A stretch of DNA of 59,356 nt, counting the filler, from Basidioascus undulatus (taxonomy: Eukaryota): NCBI GenBank assembly GCA_000826855.1. It is 6 parts of 6 records of this genome, joined end to end, with 100 filler letters (N's around TTAATTAATTAA, not from the genome) between each part and the next. Parts side by side here need not be neighbours in the genome. Positions count along the whole stretch, not along the records: positions 37,385 to 46,613 come from JTLS01001277.1; positions 46,714 to 59,356 come from JTLS01001278.1; 4 more parts are not named here. One strand, given 5' to 3'. Numbering within the stretch: the stretch's first letter is position 1; each line of letters begins with the position of its first letter. The position numbers and the translations under genes were made by a program. Shown in pieces: positions 37,385 to 49,112 of this stretch. Under the pieces are notes generated by a model. That model searched no databases, was not told where the DNA came from, and worked only from the letters and a program-made list of their open reading frames with translations.

Positions 37385-38563
37385 CCCCAGTCCACCCCCT
37401 CTCCCTCCACCCCTACCCTCAACCTCGACCAATACTTCGCTCAGGCGCTCGTCGTCCTCTTTGACCCGTCCACTGTGCGTCGCCTCTCCCTCTCCCACCA
37501 TCCTTGCTCTCTCTCTTCCCTTCCTTTGCCTCGCATTTGAAAGCTAACGCTTTTGAGCACCCAGTCACCCACCCCACTCCTCGACGCCCTCCCACCCGAC
37601 TTCGAACCAGAAGTGATGCTCGCCGTCTCGCTCCCCCCCTCTTTTTCGTCCTCATCCTCATCTGCCCCCACCCCCGACGCGCTCGACGACCTCCTCGGCT
37701 CGCACGGGTTCGAGTATGTCGACCTATCTAGGGCGAGTGGTCCGCCCTCGGACGCAGAGGACGATGCCGGGGAGGGTAGAGGTACGTCGTTCTTTCCCAT
37801 CCACCCACATCCCAGCTTTCCTTCCCACTGCAAGGCCCGGACGCTGATTCTTTGGTCTCTTTACGACGATGGGAACAGCCACAGGCGGTATCTCCCGAAT
37901 CAAAGACGCCCTCCAAACCGTCCTCTGGCCGAACATGGTCCGGGTCTCCTCCACCTCCACCGCCTCCTCTTCCATCTCCACCTTCTCCCTCCGCACCTCT
38001 TCTTCCTCCGCACCCACCACGTCCGATGCCGACGAAGCAGACCTCCTCGAGTCGTGGCTCAACAGCGAGGATGCGTTCGTCCCCCCCCGCTCCACCACCA
38101 CCAGTACCACCTCTGCCCACGCATTCGAAGACGACTTCGTACCTCGCGCGAACAACGGCAGTACAAGGAGTGGAGATGGGGTGCCCAGCTTTGGGGGTGC
38201 GGGTGCGGATCGGGCGGGGGATTTGTCGGCGCTGTTTGCGCAGTTGAGTACGATGCGGGACCAGGTGCGTCTGTCTCCCTGTTCCCCCGCCTCTCCCCTT
38301 TCTGTTCCCCCGCCTCTCCCCTTTCGTTTTCCTTCCCCTTTATCTTTCTCAAACCGCGACCGACAACCGACGGACTCCCAACACTCTGCGCGCCTGCACA
38401 GGTCCGTGGCATAGAAGACTTCGACGAGCGCCGGCGCGTCGCGGGGCGCGTCGCGCTGGCGCTCGCTGCGGGGTTGGGGCTGGGGGTGGATGAGGATGAG
38501 GCTGGGCTGGTTGAGGGGGAGGGGGACGAGGATTGGGGGAAGTTTGAGGGTGGGGGGCAATGA
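37385..38563 (+). CDS. IRC6: Alpha/gamma-adaptin-binding protein p34 (Irc6/AAGAB family), 5'-truncated
   Basis: LGSHGFEYVDL, GGISRIKDALQTVLWPNM, DLSALFAQLSTMRDQ|VRGIEDFDERRRVAGRVALAL; introns. Confidence 0.8.
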
Positions 38564-39583
38564 GGATTGATTTGGCGGAATAGGAGGAGATTGATGCAGG
38601 ACTGTTGATGCGGATGGAAGATTGAATCTGATCTGAAGTGTTTGGGCGAAACGGGCAATGGCTTTCTGGGATGATTTGGGCCCCAGAGGACGCGTGCAGG
38701 TGTGCTAGTGCGAGGGCCTCCTGACGCATTGACTTTGCATTGACAAGCCATGCTGCTGTTTTTTACCGTCGAGGCGTGCGCTCGCACCTCCCAGAAGCTT
38801 AAGGTTGGCTGAAATTCAATGGTGAAGATTCCTTCGCTGCCAATCCATAAGTCTTGAGACAGGTTACATGCAGGGAAGAGCCCAAAGCACTTCGCCGTGG
38901 GGCAGTAACGGTGCCTCCCCTTGCCGGCGTCCTTTTGTGTAAGTTGATATTCAACAGCCTTGCTTCACTGCGTTATGACCCTTGGGGGGTTCGGCCCCAG
39001 ACAAGGCGTAGCTAAGAAGCTGTCCGTATGACGTTTAGTATCCCGTTTCGTAGAACGCGAAGGAAAGAGGAGACTTCAGCAGAGCTCATACCGGGCAACG
39101 AAAGAGTTCTAACGAGTATGTTCAATAGGTGTAATTTTCCAAGAGCCATCCGTCAGATGAGGAGCAGTAGGGTCTCACAGAGACGTCCCCCGAAGGCCGA
39201 CTCGTCCTGCTCGATCGGCCCGGGCTTCGTGTGCTACGCAGTGCGCAGCCTTTTATTGTAGCACTGTGTTAAAGAGCCCAAAAAACACATGGGACTCCCC
39301 ATAATATCCTCTCCGTTTCGGAGCACTTGGAGCAGCGTTTAGTAGACGGCGTCACAGCGCAGTGTAACTTATTCGACTGTTAGCTTCTCGGGCTTGGAGA
39401 AGCTGGTTATACGTGTACCAACGTGTACGGTCTGTTAGGTATCAACAGGCCAGCGATAATCCAGCAAGTAACGATGACCATATCAGATGGGTCCACAGGT
39501 ATAAAGACCAGAGGCAGAATCACATTTTCTTGAACACACACACTCGCTACACCAGCAACTGCATCCGCCTCCAGCAATGAATT

Positions 39584-40386
39584 ATGTCCCGCTTCGCAAC
39601 TACTCTCACTTTCGGCCTCGCGGCGCTGTCTGGCGTTCAGGCCGCCACGCTACCTCTCCGGGAGGGCTCAAACGGGACTTTTCTGCGTGCACGCGACGAC
39701 GTGAGTGAGTACTTGTCCGGCTGTTCGTGCGCAATTTGGTGCGTGTACTCACGGTGTCACTCGGTGCTTGCAGATTTGCCACATGTACAGGAGTGGTCCT
39801 GCCAGCACAATAGCATAAACTTGGGCAAAGTCCCCAAGGGTGATCTCTTGTGTGTGGAACCAACGTACTATAGTTTGTCGGGCTGCGACGATTGCCGCAA
39901 TAACCCCGACGCGAAAACCAAGAACGGTGAGACTGGCATTCTGCAACCGTTCTGCCTTATAAACCAGTCACGCCTCCGCCTCTGAATTTTTGACCGTTTG
40001 CTACCACAGGATAGATATGCTACATTGGGTGAGTCGAGCTGTCTCCAAGTCTTCACCTGCAGCCGTAAAGACTGACCGCGTTGCGTTGTTGTTCCATTCG
40101 ATAGTCAGGGCCCCGAGGGCGGCGGCGGGCTCGAAATCGAGAGCCCTTGCCCGCGGGAACCCCCGCCGGGAAGAACCCAGACGGCACCGACGCGCTGGCT
40201 GCCCAGACACTGAATGTATGTCCGCCGTGATGCCTCGATTCGGGAAGCAACCCTCTTGACAGTGGCGACTGACGGTGCTTGTTCCAGGATTACTGCCGCA
40301 TTGCCGGCGCAGGCGATGCATTCGGTTGGATCACGTACGGCGCTTGGTATGTTGCCAACCCGAACGTCAATGGCAGTAACGAGTAA
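39584..40386 (+). CDS. Small secreted cysteine-rich protein (five exons)
   Basis: Signal peptide MSRFATTLTFGLAALSGVQA; exons splice in frame: WSCQHNSINLGKVPKGDLLCVEPTYYSLSGCDDCRNNPD...DALAAQTLN|DYCRIAGAGDAFGWITYGAWYVANPNVNGSNE*; TATAAA at ~39500. Confidence 0.75.
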
Positions 40387-43300
40387 GTGTGAATAGCAAT
40401 ATCAAGGAAAAGCGTTGTGCAGTTCTCACCATTTTCCTCTGTCGTCAGGGCCGCTGTCAAGGGATTGTGCGACGCGTTCACACTAGGTCTCTGCTCGTAA
40501 GTCTCAGCCCCCCTAAGTTTAGAAATAGGGCCGCTGAAAATGACTGTTACATAATTTCATTGCGGACGGCGGCGCGCCTTCCGGCAGCGGTTGATTGAAC
40601 CCCTCGAGCGGGAAGGAGTGTCGAGCAACTGTTTTGCCTTGGTCACAGTCTTTTTATTTTGTAGAAGAACTTTTTCCTTATTTCCCAACCCATAACATGA
40701 ATTGTATCTCAGCTTTGCATGCAACGCCGCTAGTGGGTTGTGAGGGTGAAAAGGAGCGCGTTGCTTTGGAGGACGCTTATGGCTCGCTCACAGCCCAAGC
40801 CTCCTCAATGTGACTCCAGATCGAGCCACCAGAAACTCCCATGCTATTTCGAGTGGTAACTAGTCACCTTGAGCGGGTTCCAGTAAATAAACATCGAGTC
40901 AATTAAGCCTCTGACTTCCCAAATATCAGGTTGAATGAAGGGAGCGGCAAGTGCGAAACAAGGGGATTTGGGAGTGATCACACTGACCAACTCGGAGTGA
41001 GACCGAGAGGGGTTAAAAAAAACCAATCCGCCCAAAGCAAAAGGATGAATGTAGGGCAGCTGCACAGACTGTCCATCCTGGGATGGTTCCTGGGTCTTAA
41101 ACAGACCAAGATGGGCTGTACCCTTCAGGGAGCGCAAACAGGAGATGTGAGATGGCATGGGCATATTTGTAGGACGCGGTCGTGATATCCCAGAGGGGAT
41201 TGCAGCACCTCAACTGCAAGAAGTGAGTGGGCATAAGCTGTGATGCTTGAACTAGGGATCTCAACAGGTACCGGACATTCCGCCCCGCTGGGTTCGCACG
41301 GGTCGACGAGTCTCATTTTGACAGGCCCGACTCGACCTGTGCAGCACGGGTTTGGCCAAACCCGACTCTCTGTGACCCGTACCAGCCAGTGACTACGGGG
41401 TGTTCCAGCTGTGGGACTTTCTAAATTATCAAATTTCAAATTTGAGGGGAATGGGGCCATCGCTGGCGCGCGGCAAGTTTCGATTCCCTTTTTCTGGTAA
41501 CCTGGAAGCGTCATGGATGCATCGCAAGAATTGTTTGGAGTTGGGGTGGTTACCAGCGCATGGGGGCATGAGAGCACTGCTAGAAGCTTCCAATGGGACT
41601 GAGGCTGGGAAGAGCTGTCCAGAATGCCGCAAGGCTGACACTGGTCACCGGCATCCCTTCCATGAGAATGCATTCAATGCCAGCAAATGAGCTGTGCTCA
41701 TGTTCATTCTGTCCCATCTTCTATGATCCATTGGTCCACATTAAGAGCAGAAGATGTTCTGAGTGACAGTGAGCTGGTTGAGCAGCAAGAGTCTGTAGCG
41801 CCTTCACTGCCTTACCGCATTACAGGAAACCCGATGGGCTCCTCTGACACATGTTGATAGTATATGTACGGAAGAAACTGGTATCCTTTCAAAAATTGCT
41901 ACCAGAAAACTCATTTCATACCAACGAACTACAAGGCCTGCACAGTAGACAAGCAAGAGAAGCAAACAATCACTCAACACAGTTGGGCTGTGTCAGTGAT
42001 CATGTTGCATCTGACAATCAATTCATGTAATCCAGACCTTTTGTTGTGGCTGAATGTGTTTTTTGGAGGCTTTGTGACATCTTGAATGTTCAGACCAGCA
42101 TCAGCTGCACATCAGCTGCACCATTTTCTGTGGGTCCTTCTCGCGTCTTCTTCTAGCACTCAATATGCATGCCTGCCCTTCCTCACCCTCCTCTTCAACT
42201 CCAACAAGGCCCAAACAAACCATGGTACTCTTAATCATGCAGTTCTCCACCCCACTCCTCCCACCCCTGTTTCTCCAACCCAGTCTCTCCTTTCTGAGCA
42301 CAGCCGCAATCTCCCTCCTGTCAATGAACACAATCAAATGCATTTCTCTCCTATTGTCTCCTTCCAACGCAATAGGCTCTCACCTACCACCACCACTACC
42401 ACTTTCCCATCAACCTGATCTCTGTAAGCTACACTGCTTCTTGCCATAAAAATTCCTCTCTGCGTCCGAAAGCCAGCGAAGAAAGATTGAATGCATGAGC
42501 AAAGGTAAAGCCGAAAGGGAAAGAAAGACTAACCAAGCCTACGCAACTGAAAGGCAAGAATTCACAATGCATGTGAACTGCTGACGCACACGGAAGCCAA
42601 TTCAGGGGAATCGGGAAATTTGAGTGAAAGGCTTGACTGCAAAGGACACTAGAGCCTTGACCAAGTAAAAACTAATAAAATTTATAAGTATTTCAGAACA
42701 GTATATCCAATTCCGTCTCCCTGAGGCTTCAAAACAACCTGAGTCTCAATCTGTGGCACGCAGCTTAATGAAGACAATTCAGTGTGCGTCCTACCATCTG
42801 TTCAGATAGCTTTTCAGGATTATATTCAATAACTGGGTGTACATGTCAAGGTCAGGGACTTTTTAGATTCAGAAAGATAGGCAGTCTCACGAGTCTTGTC
42901 ACTTTCGTAAAGAAAACTCTTATAACACAACCGTACTTTCATGACAGCACTAGCGGCTTAAGCAGTCCTACAGAGACATCAGTCGAGAATATTTATCAAT
43001 AACAGTGGGACAGTAACAGTCAATTGGCTGAGCAGTCAGTTGAGTCGAGATTGAGCATGCTGGCAAACTGATGAAGGCAATGGCAGTCACAGTCCTGAGA
43101 GCACACAGATAGCTTCGAGATAATTCAATGTATTGTTCCACTAACTATTCGGGTACAGAACATAGATGTAAGGTTAGAGATATGAGCTAAAGAAGTGAGT
43201 GGCAAACTGCTAGTACTCTCTCCTCTGCTGAGCCCCAGGAAAGGCTGCTTCCTTTATGCAAAATTGGCCTCCACTCCTGACTAGATCACATTCCTCACAT

Positions 43301-43694
43301 TCCCTCCAAGATTCTACATTATGTAATTTTTCAGTCATACCAAGAGAAAGAGAGGTTACCAGGCCAGTTCCGAGAGCCCAGCTGACCTGTTGCCTGAGAG
43401 TCCACAGATTTCGCTTTCCCAGTTCTTTTCCGCCTGAAATTCCGTAGGTCTTGTAATGTTGTGTTAAAATACAGTTTGAAATAGCCTACAACCAGTTCTA
43501 AGTTTGGAGTAAGACAATGAGTTATGAAGATACAGGCAATTTCATCCTGAATTTGCCACAGTGCCCAGCTGAGACACAGCGCATCATCGTGGTGGAGCTG
43601 TTTTCTGAGGTTTCTGCCCTTCCTTGCCACAATACTGAAAGTAAAAGTAATATATTCGAATCAGATACAAAATAATTTGTAGAGATACTCTAAT

Positions 43695-44060
43695 TAGGGG
43701 GCTAGAAACTTACAGGCGCCACAGTGTAGACCAGCCGCAGACCAGGTGTGGGAAGCAGGGAAGTCCCGGAAAAGGAAGTGAGGAGGTGAGAACCCTGAAA
43801 AAGGAACAAGTAAGTATAAAAGCGCTGGAAAAAGGAGCACAGCCTTGGAAAAGGAAGCGCAGACTTGGAAAAGGAAGCACAAGTTGGGTGCAGAGATAGG
43901 GAAGCACAAGTCTGGTGCAAAGAAAGCACCAGTGGGCACAAGCAACTCGACTGCAGGTGGGTGCAAGCGACTGCAGGTGGGTGCAAGCGACTGCAGGTGG
44001 GTGCAAGCGACTGCAGGTGAGTGAAAGTGACTACAGGTGGGTGCCAGCAACTAGCCCCTA
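43695..44060. mobile_element. MITE-like element (~366 bp)
   Basis: Ends TAGGGGGCTAG ... CTAGCCCCTA (inverted, possible TA target duplication); non-coding, internally repetitive. Confidence 0.6.
43948..44047 (+). repeat. 20-bp tandem repeat, 5 copies
   Basis: (cgactgcaggtgggtgcaag) three perfect plus two decayed copies; GGAAAAGGAAGC-like units upstream at 43787-43905. Confidence 0.92.
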
Positions 44061-44431
44061 CAGGTGGGCACATGCAGGTACTCAGCAGGTATAAAGAAAC
44101 ACCACCCTCCTTTCACTGACTCCCACCTTACCAGCACCTTGCCCTGCAGTAAGGCAGGTGCAGAGTTCACTGTGTGCTCCTTAGTCTCCCAATGGACAAG
44201 TGTGATAATGGACAATATGAAGTGCCTTTCCAAGCCTGGAATGCTTCCCATAGTAGTTTTCTGAACCCTTGGACTTCCTACTTGTGCAATTAATGAGTAT
44301 TTGTGGTTCAAATGCCTGCATCTGCAGGGCACTGGCCAGCATCAATATTTTGCCCAGGTAAGCTGTGTGCAATGCTTACTGGTTCAGTGAACTTCCTTTG
44401 TTGTTTTCACGCACTCCTTCGTAGAAGATGT

Positions 44432-44690
44432 CAAGATCATCATAGCCTTTCTGTCAAACAATCCCTCAAGTTAACCATTCAGAAGTTGAAGTAGCTCAAT
44501 GGGCAACCTTCAATCATCATTACTGGGAAGGGCAAGCATTCAGCAAATGGGTGAAAGATCAAGTCTGCAATTATGAAGCTTTTGCAGAGGTGAGCCACTT
44601 TTGGGATTAATACATAGTATATCAAGGCTGACTTGGATGTGATAGTATGGGTGGTGGTAGATCCTACAAATGAGGGTCACCTGATTGTCC
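44432..44690 (+). pseudogene. Smr (small MutS-related) domain pseudogene
   Basis: DHHSLSVKQSL (~DLHGLxVxEA)...K*LNGQPSIIITGKGKHSANG*KIKSAIMKLLQ|..DPTNEGHLIV; two in-frame stops; retains an intron. Confidence 0.7.
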
Positions 44691-45109
44691 CTGGGTCAAA
44701 TAGCCACATTTGGGTGGTGAGGAGCTTGAGTGAACCTGTCTGACAAACTAAGTTTTGCAATGCATGCATTTTTTCCCATAAACTTGTAATGCTTGCACAG
44801 GTGTTAGGTGTGCCTGCTTGAGGTGCGTGTGAGCTGAGTGGGAGACCTAGTGTCATGAAGAGCCACTTTTGCCTAATTAGACATTGTTTGAAACCAATGT
44901 GGACAGAGCCAACTGAGATCTTGTGTGGCCATGAGTAAGGTACAATGAGTAGAGTAGGACAGGGCAGTCACTGAAGCTGAGTCTCCATAGCAATACACTG
45001 GAGAAAGGGTAGGGAAGGGAGGCAGGCAGTTTGCGGGAGTACTGCCGAACATTGAGAGGGGCCTTTGGGCCAACTGGAAGCAAAGAAAGGGGTAATGTAA
45101 AAAAAAGAA

Positions 45110-45181
45110 TAGCTTGATCTGGTTTCGATCCAGAGACCTGTGGGTTATGAGCCCACCGCGCTTCCCCTGCGCCATCAAGCT
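45110..45181 (-). tRNA. Initiator tRNA-Met(CAT)
   Basis: AGCTTGATGGCGCAGGGGAAGCGCGGTGGGCT-CAT-AACCCACAGGTCTCTGGATCGAAACCAGATCAAGCTA; A1:U72 pair, GGG/CCC anticodon stem, ATCG T-loop; T-run terminator. Confidence 0.95.
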
Positions 45182-45626
45182 GTATTCATTTTAATGTGCG
45201 CTACATTCATATCAAAACTGTTTGGTTCATCTGGAAAGTTACCATTTCCTTACGCTGTGAGCCTTAAGCGGGTCATAGAGCAAGTCCTGAGTGGCTTGAG
45301 CAACTGACATCTTGAAGGACCGGCTCAAAGCAAGCGCGGCCCGGTCTCTCCTCAACTACGTCAGCTTGAGCTATGATCACTTCCGAGAGAAGCAGCAAAA
45401 GTCCCGGCCCGGCACGAAGTGGGAGTGGTAGCTCAACATGATGTACTCAAGTCGAGTCATCCCCCGGGAAGGTGGGAAGGACCTCAACTCTGCCTCAACC
45501 AGCCCGCGAGCCTGCGGAAAGCCCGCAGAGTAGCTCAATGACATGCAATGAATGCAATACTCCAACCCCTCCGCCTCTATCTCCATCAACCCTTAACGCC
45601 CAAAACCCCGCACGTTCCCCTCCCCT

Positions 45627-46613
45627 CTATCGTCGCCCATCCCCCCTTCCCGCACGTTCCAACCGCTCATCCGGAAGTTCCCAAGCCGGCCTGTACTGGG
45701 CTCTTCCCCGCTCTCCCTCTCGTTCTCCTGCTGTTGCTCCTGATGCGTTGGAGCCTTGGGATAATGCGGTGGGTGGTGGGAGGGCTGCTGACGGAGCGGG
45801 AGGGGCGGGGGAGACGGAGATGGTGACGGAGGTGGGGGGAGAGGGCACGGAGGGGGACGGGGAGGAAGAGGAGGAGGGGATGAGCAGCGCGGGGTTTGGG
45901 TGGGTGTTGTAGATTGATCCGAGGGAGGTGTATCTTCGGATGGAGGATGGGTCAGAGAGGGAGACGGAAAGTGGGAAAGAGGGGGGAGGGGAGAGCGAGG
46001 GGAGAAGGGGGAATGGGAGATGGGAGACACGCACCCTTGGTCATACAGCGAGCAATAGGGCACGCGCAGGCGAAGGAGGAACGCCCATATGTCTGCGTAG
46101 GACCAGTCGAGGATGGGGTGCACGCGGAGGAAGGGCGGCCAGTCGGCCGTGGTGGGATTCGTCGTCGACAAGGTTGCTGACCATTCTCTCCTCATATCAG
46201 TCCCCTTCCTTCCAAGAGCGCGGAGTTGGGAGAGAGGGACTGAGGAGCGTGGAAAGGGAGGACGAGGAAGAGACAAGAAGGAAGGGCAGCGCACCTCCAT
46301 GCGGGTCCCCCCTCCTAGTCCCAACTAGTACCGCACGCATGCCCCTCCCCTCCCCCCGCTCATCCAAATAGTCCCTCAGTGCATCCTTCATGGGCTCCGG
46401 CCTGCGGGCCAGATCCAGCATATAGCGCGCCGTGGACGCGCGCACGAAGTCCTCGACTTCTGGGAAGGGCGACGGGCAGGTGATGTAAATCGCGCGCGTG
46501 GGGGGCGGGAGCGCGAGGCGGTGCTTTGCGGCTAGAAAGAGGTGCGCTAGGACAGTACCTTTGGAGGAGGGGTTGAGATTGTGGGTGGACATGGGAGGAC
46601 CCAAGGAGCGGTT
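45627..46613 (-). CDS. FAD1: FAD synthetase (PAPS-reductase family), 5'-truncated
   Basis: [85 protein letters not shown]. Confidence 0.93.
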
Positions 46614-46713
46614 NNNNNNNNNNNNNNNNNNNNNNNNNNNNNNNNNNNNNNNNNNNNTTAATTAATTAANNNNNNNNNNNNNNNNNNNNNNNNNNNNNNN
46701 NNNNNNNNNNNNN
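46614..46713. other. Artificial contig-join spacer
   Basis: N44-TTAATTAATTAA-N44. Confidence 0.99.
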
Positions 46714-46842
46714 GTCTCCTTCCCTTCCCCTGCTTTACCCCCCTTTGCTGACCTGTTGGGACTCTCCACGCACCCAAGCCCACACGCAGCCAGCAAGCCA
46801 GACCCAAGCGCACCGATTGGCAACCAACCCAGGCAATAATCC

Positions 46843-47248
46843 TCATCGATCCTTCTTCCCCTCCCGCTCCGTCTCCTCCTTCACCTCTCCCTCTCCGGCC
46901 CCCGCAGGCGCCTCCCGCGCAGCATCCTCTTCCCTCTCCCTCTTCACCTTCTCCAGCTCCGCCACAAACCTACCTCCCCACTCCTCATCAGCCCCCGACC
47001 CATCTCCTCCTACATTACACAAGCAATCACAGATAGAAGAGGAAGAGAGCGACGCACCAACTCACACTCCCCCACAGCGCCCCCGCAACAGCCATGAGCG
47101 CCAGGACGTGCAGCTGTCCCTGCGTGCCGCGCGTGAGGACCGCGAGCGCGCCGAGGACACTGAGCAGCCCAGCGAAGGAGAGGTGCAGCCCTTTGACGAG
47201 CGGCGGCGTGGGGCCAGGGGTGAAGACGGAGGTGAGGAGGCCGGACAT
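46843..47248 (-). CDS. PKR1: ER V-ATPase assembly factor Pkr1
   Basis: SVFTPGPTPPLV..LHLSFAGLL..HVLALMAVAGALWGSVSW|FVAELEKVK..; two TM helices and a charged tail. Confidence 0.85.
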
Positions 47249-47457
47249 TTGGGTGCGGATGATGGGGAGAGGGGAAGGGAGAAGACGCGCGCTGGCTGAG
47301 GCTCCGAGGCTCGAGGCGGGGTGTAACAGGGGAATGATTCCACGCGGGCACGCAAGCCAAATGTAGATGGGACGGTGGGTTGGGAGAGTACAACAAAGTA
47401 TAATGATGCTATGGAAATGCGAAAAGTAACAATGAAGCAGGACACGTCCGTCCGACA

Positions 47458-48410
47458 TTATACGACACCCCCGCCCGCCTTGCCCTTGCCCTTCCCCACG
47501 CCCTTCCCCACGCTCTTCCCGCCCTCGAACCACGTCTTCGTCTGCTTAGCGCTCTCCACGCCCGTAGCGAACACTGCCCCTCCCACCGCCGGGTCAGCCG
47601 AACGCAAGGGGCGAGGAAGAGCGGAGGAAGGGGCAAGGCGACGCACACGCCCGCTCGTCCTCGTCCATCCCCTCCCTGAACTCCGTTCCCGCCCCACCAG
47701 CCGCATGCGCCGCCGTAGACCCGGCATGTACAGCCTGGTCAAACACCTCCGGGAGGCGGCCCTTGAACGCCTGGTTGCCCCGTTTGCTTCAGTTCCCCCT
47801 GGAAGAGCAAGCAAGGAGGGGGGGAAGGGGAACCCACAGTGCGCATGCTCCCGAGCAAGCTCTCCGCGCCCGCGTCCTCCAAAAGCCCCGCCATCCGGCT
47901 CCCGAACGCGTACCACCATGCGTTCAACTGGCCGAGCCGCACGGACTGCGGCGCGGCGTCGAGCGCGTTGCGCACGCGCGGGGAGAACGGCGCCGGCATC
48001 GAGAGCGTCAGGAAGTCGTACTCCCTGGATCAGGTGGTTAGGGCGCGTCAATTGGATGGATGGGGTAGGAGGGGGGTGAGGAGGGGACGGACGCGAGTGC
48101 GAGTGTCGAGCATAGCCAGAAGGGGAGCTCGAGCTTCGTGCCCGCCTTAAGCTACATCACACCCCATCCACTTGTCAGCCTCCTGCCTCCCGCCCGCCTC
48201 CAAATAACAATGATAAAGTAGAATGCACATCTTCCTCCGTTCCGCCCTCGAGCCATCCCAGGCCAGGCACATCAAGCTGGAACTCAGCGGGGATTTTCTG
48301 ACGGGAGGATGGCGCGTGAGATAGTCTTAAGGGAGAAGGGAGATTGGGAGGAGAACTACTTGGTTGTCGGCGAGGATGGAGTCAATTGAATAGTACGCGG
48401 AGGGGTCCAT
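47458..48410 (-). CDS. PSF3: GINS complex subunit Psf3
   Basis: YYSIDSILADNQ|KIPAEFQLDVPGLGWLEG|..GTKLELPLWL|..PAPFSPRVRNALDAAPQSVRL..WWYAFG..|AFKGRL..GMDEDER. Confidence 0.92.
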
Positions 48411-49112
48411 CGCTGGTGGGTATGCTGGCGGTGTGGGAGAGACAGAAGTTGGCAAGCGAAAAAGAAGATGGAGGAAGAGGGAAAGAGGGAAGACGCGTTC
48501 CCGGCGCGTCGGCGACACGTCCCCAATTCTTTCGCGTCAGAGCCTGCTGGCGCGTTTCGTGGCCCCCCCAAAGCAGCCTCAACGCACACATGTAAATGTG
48601 TTGCACACAGTATGGAATGGATTAATGGTCTTTTACCAGAACTCTGCCTAAGGTAAAGCCTCCTGCCCAGCCAACACCAACACTTGCGTTTCAATGACCG
48701 CTTCAATTTCACCCAAGTGCCGAAGGACAGGGTGTGCCTTGCAACTAGATGAGTGCCCCATGGCTCATATTGGTATCGGGTGACACTAACAGCAGCCTGC
48801 CTCGTCTACGGACAACACCCCGCTCTCGTTGTTACCCAGCCGAAGTCCCGTCAGCAGCACAGATTCTCGTCATGCGTACTCCCCCTCTGATGGTTTCCGA
48901 CCACTCTGAGAAAATCCAAAAAGCTGTAGCAGGGATTTCTGAGAGTCACTTTCCTGGATGTGGGACTTCTCATCTTCTAAAGGCATCTCTCGTAGCCCAG
49001 CGAACGAGATCCTTGCAGGTCTAAGCGATAGTGTGTATAACCAAAATACCAAAGAAACGATCTATACCCCAACTAAAGTGTCTTCTAACCCCTGCACCTC
49101 GTTGCTCCGCGA

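Noticed and set aside
40100..40215. GC-rich hairpins as an intronic structured RNA
   Set aside because: Flanked by AG and GT sites and splices in frame as an exon of the secreted protein
40861..41396. hAT-like element with TAGTCAC inverted ends and ACGGGT/ACCCG motifs
   Set aside because: Only a 7-bp match and no target-site duplication
43948..44047. CRISPR-like array
   Set aside because: Head-to-tail repeats without spacers, no cas genes, eukaryotic context
45270..45540. RNase MRP-like RNA (AAAAGTCCCGG plus inverted repeats)
   Set aside because: No matching 3' P4 strand found; the region also reads as a decayed protein frame
9260..46713. Regularly spaced TTAATTAATTAA motifs about every 9.3 kb
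   Set aside because: Artificial six-frame-stop linkers between similar-length contigs; not biological, and no cluster can be inferred across them
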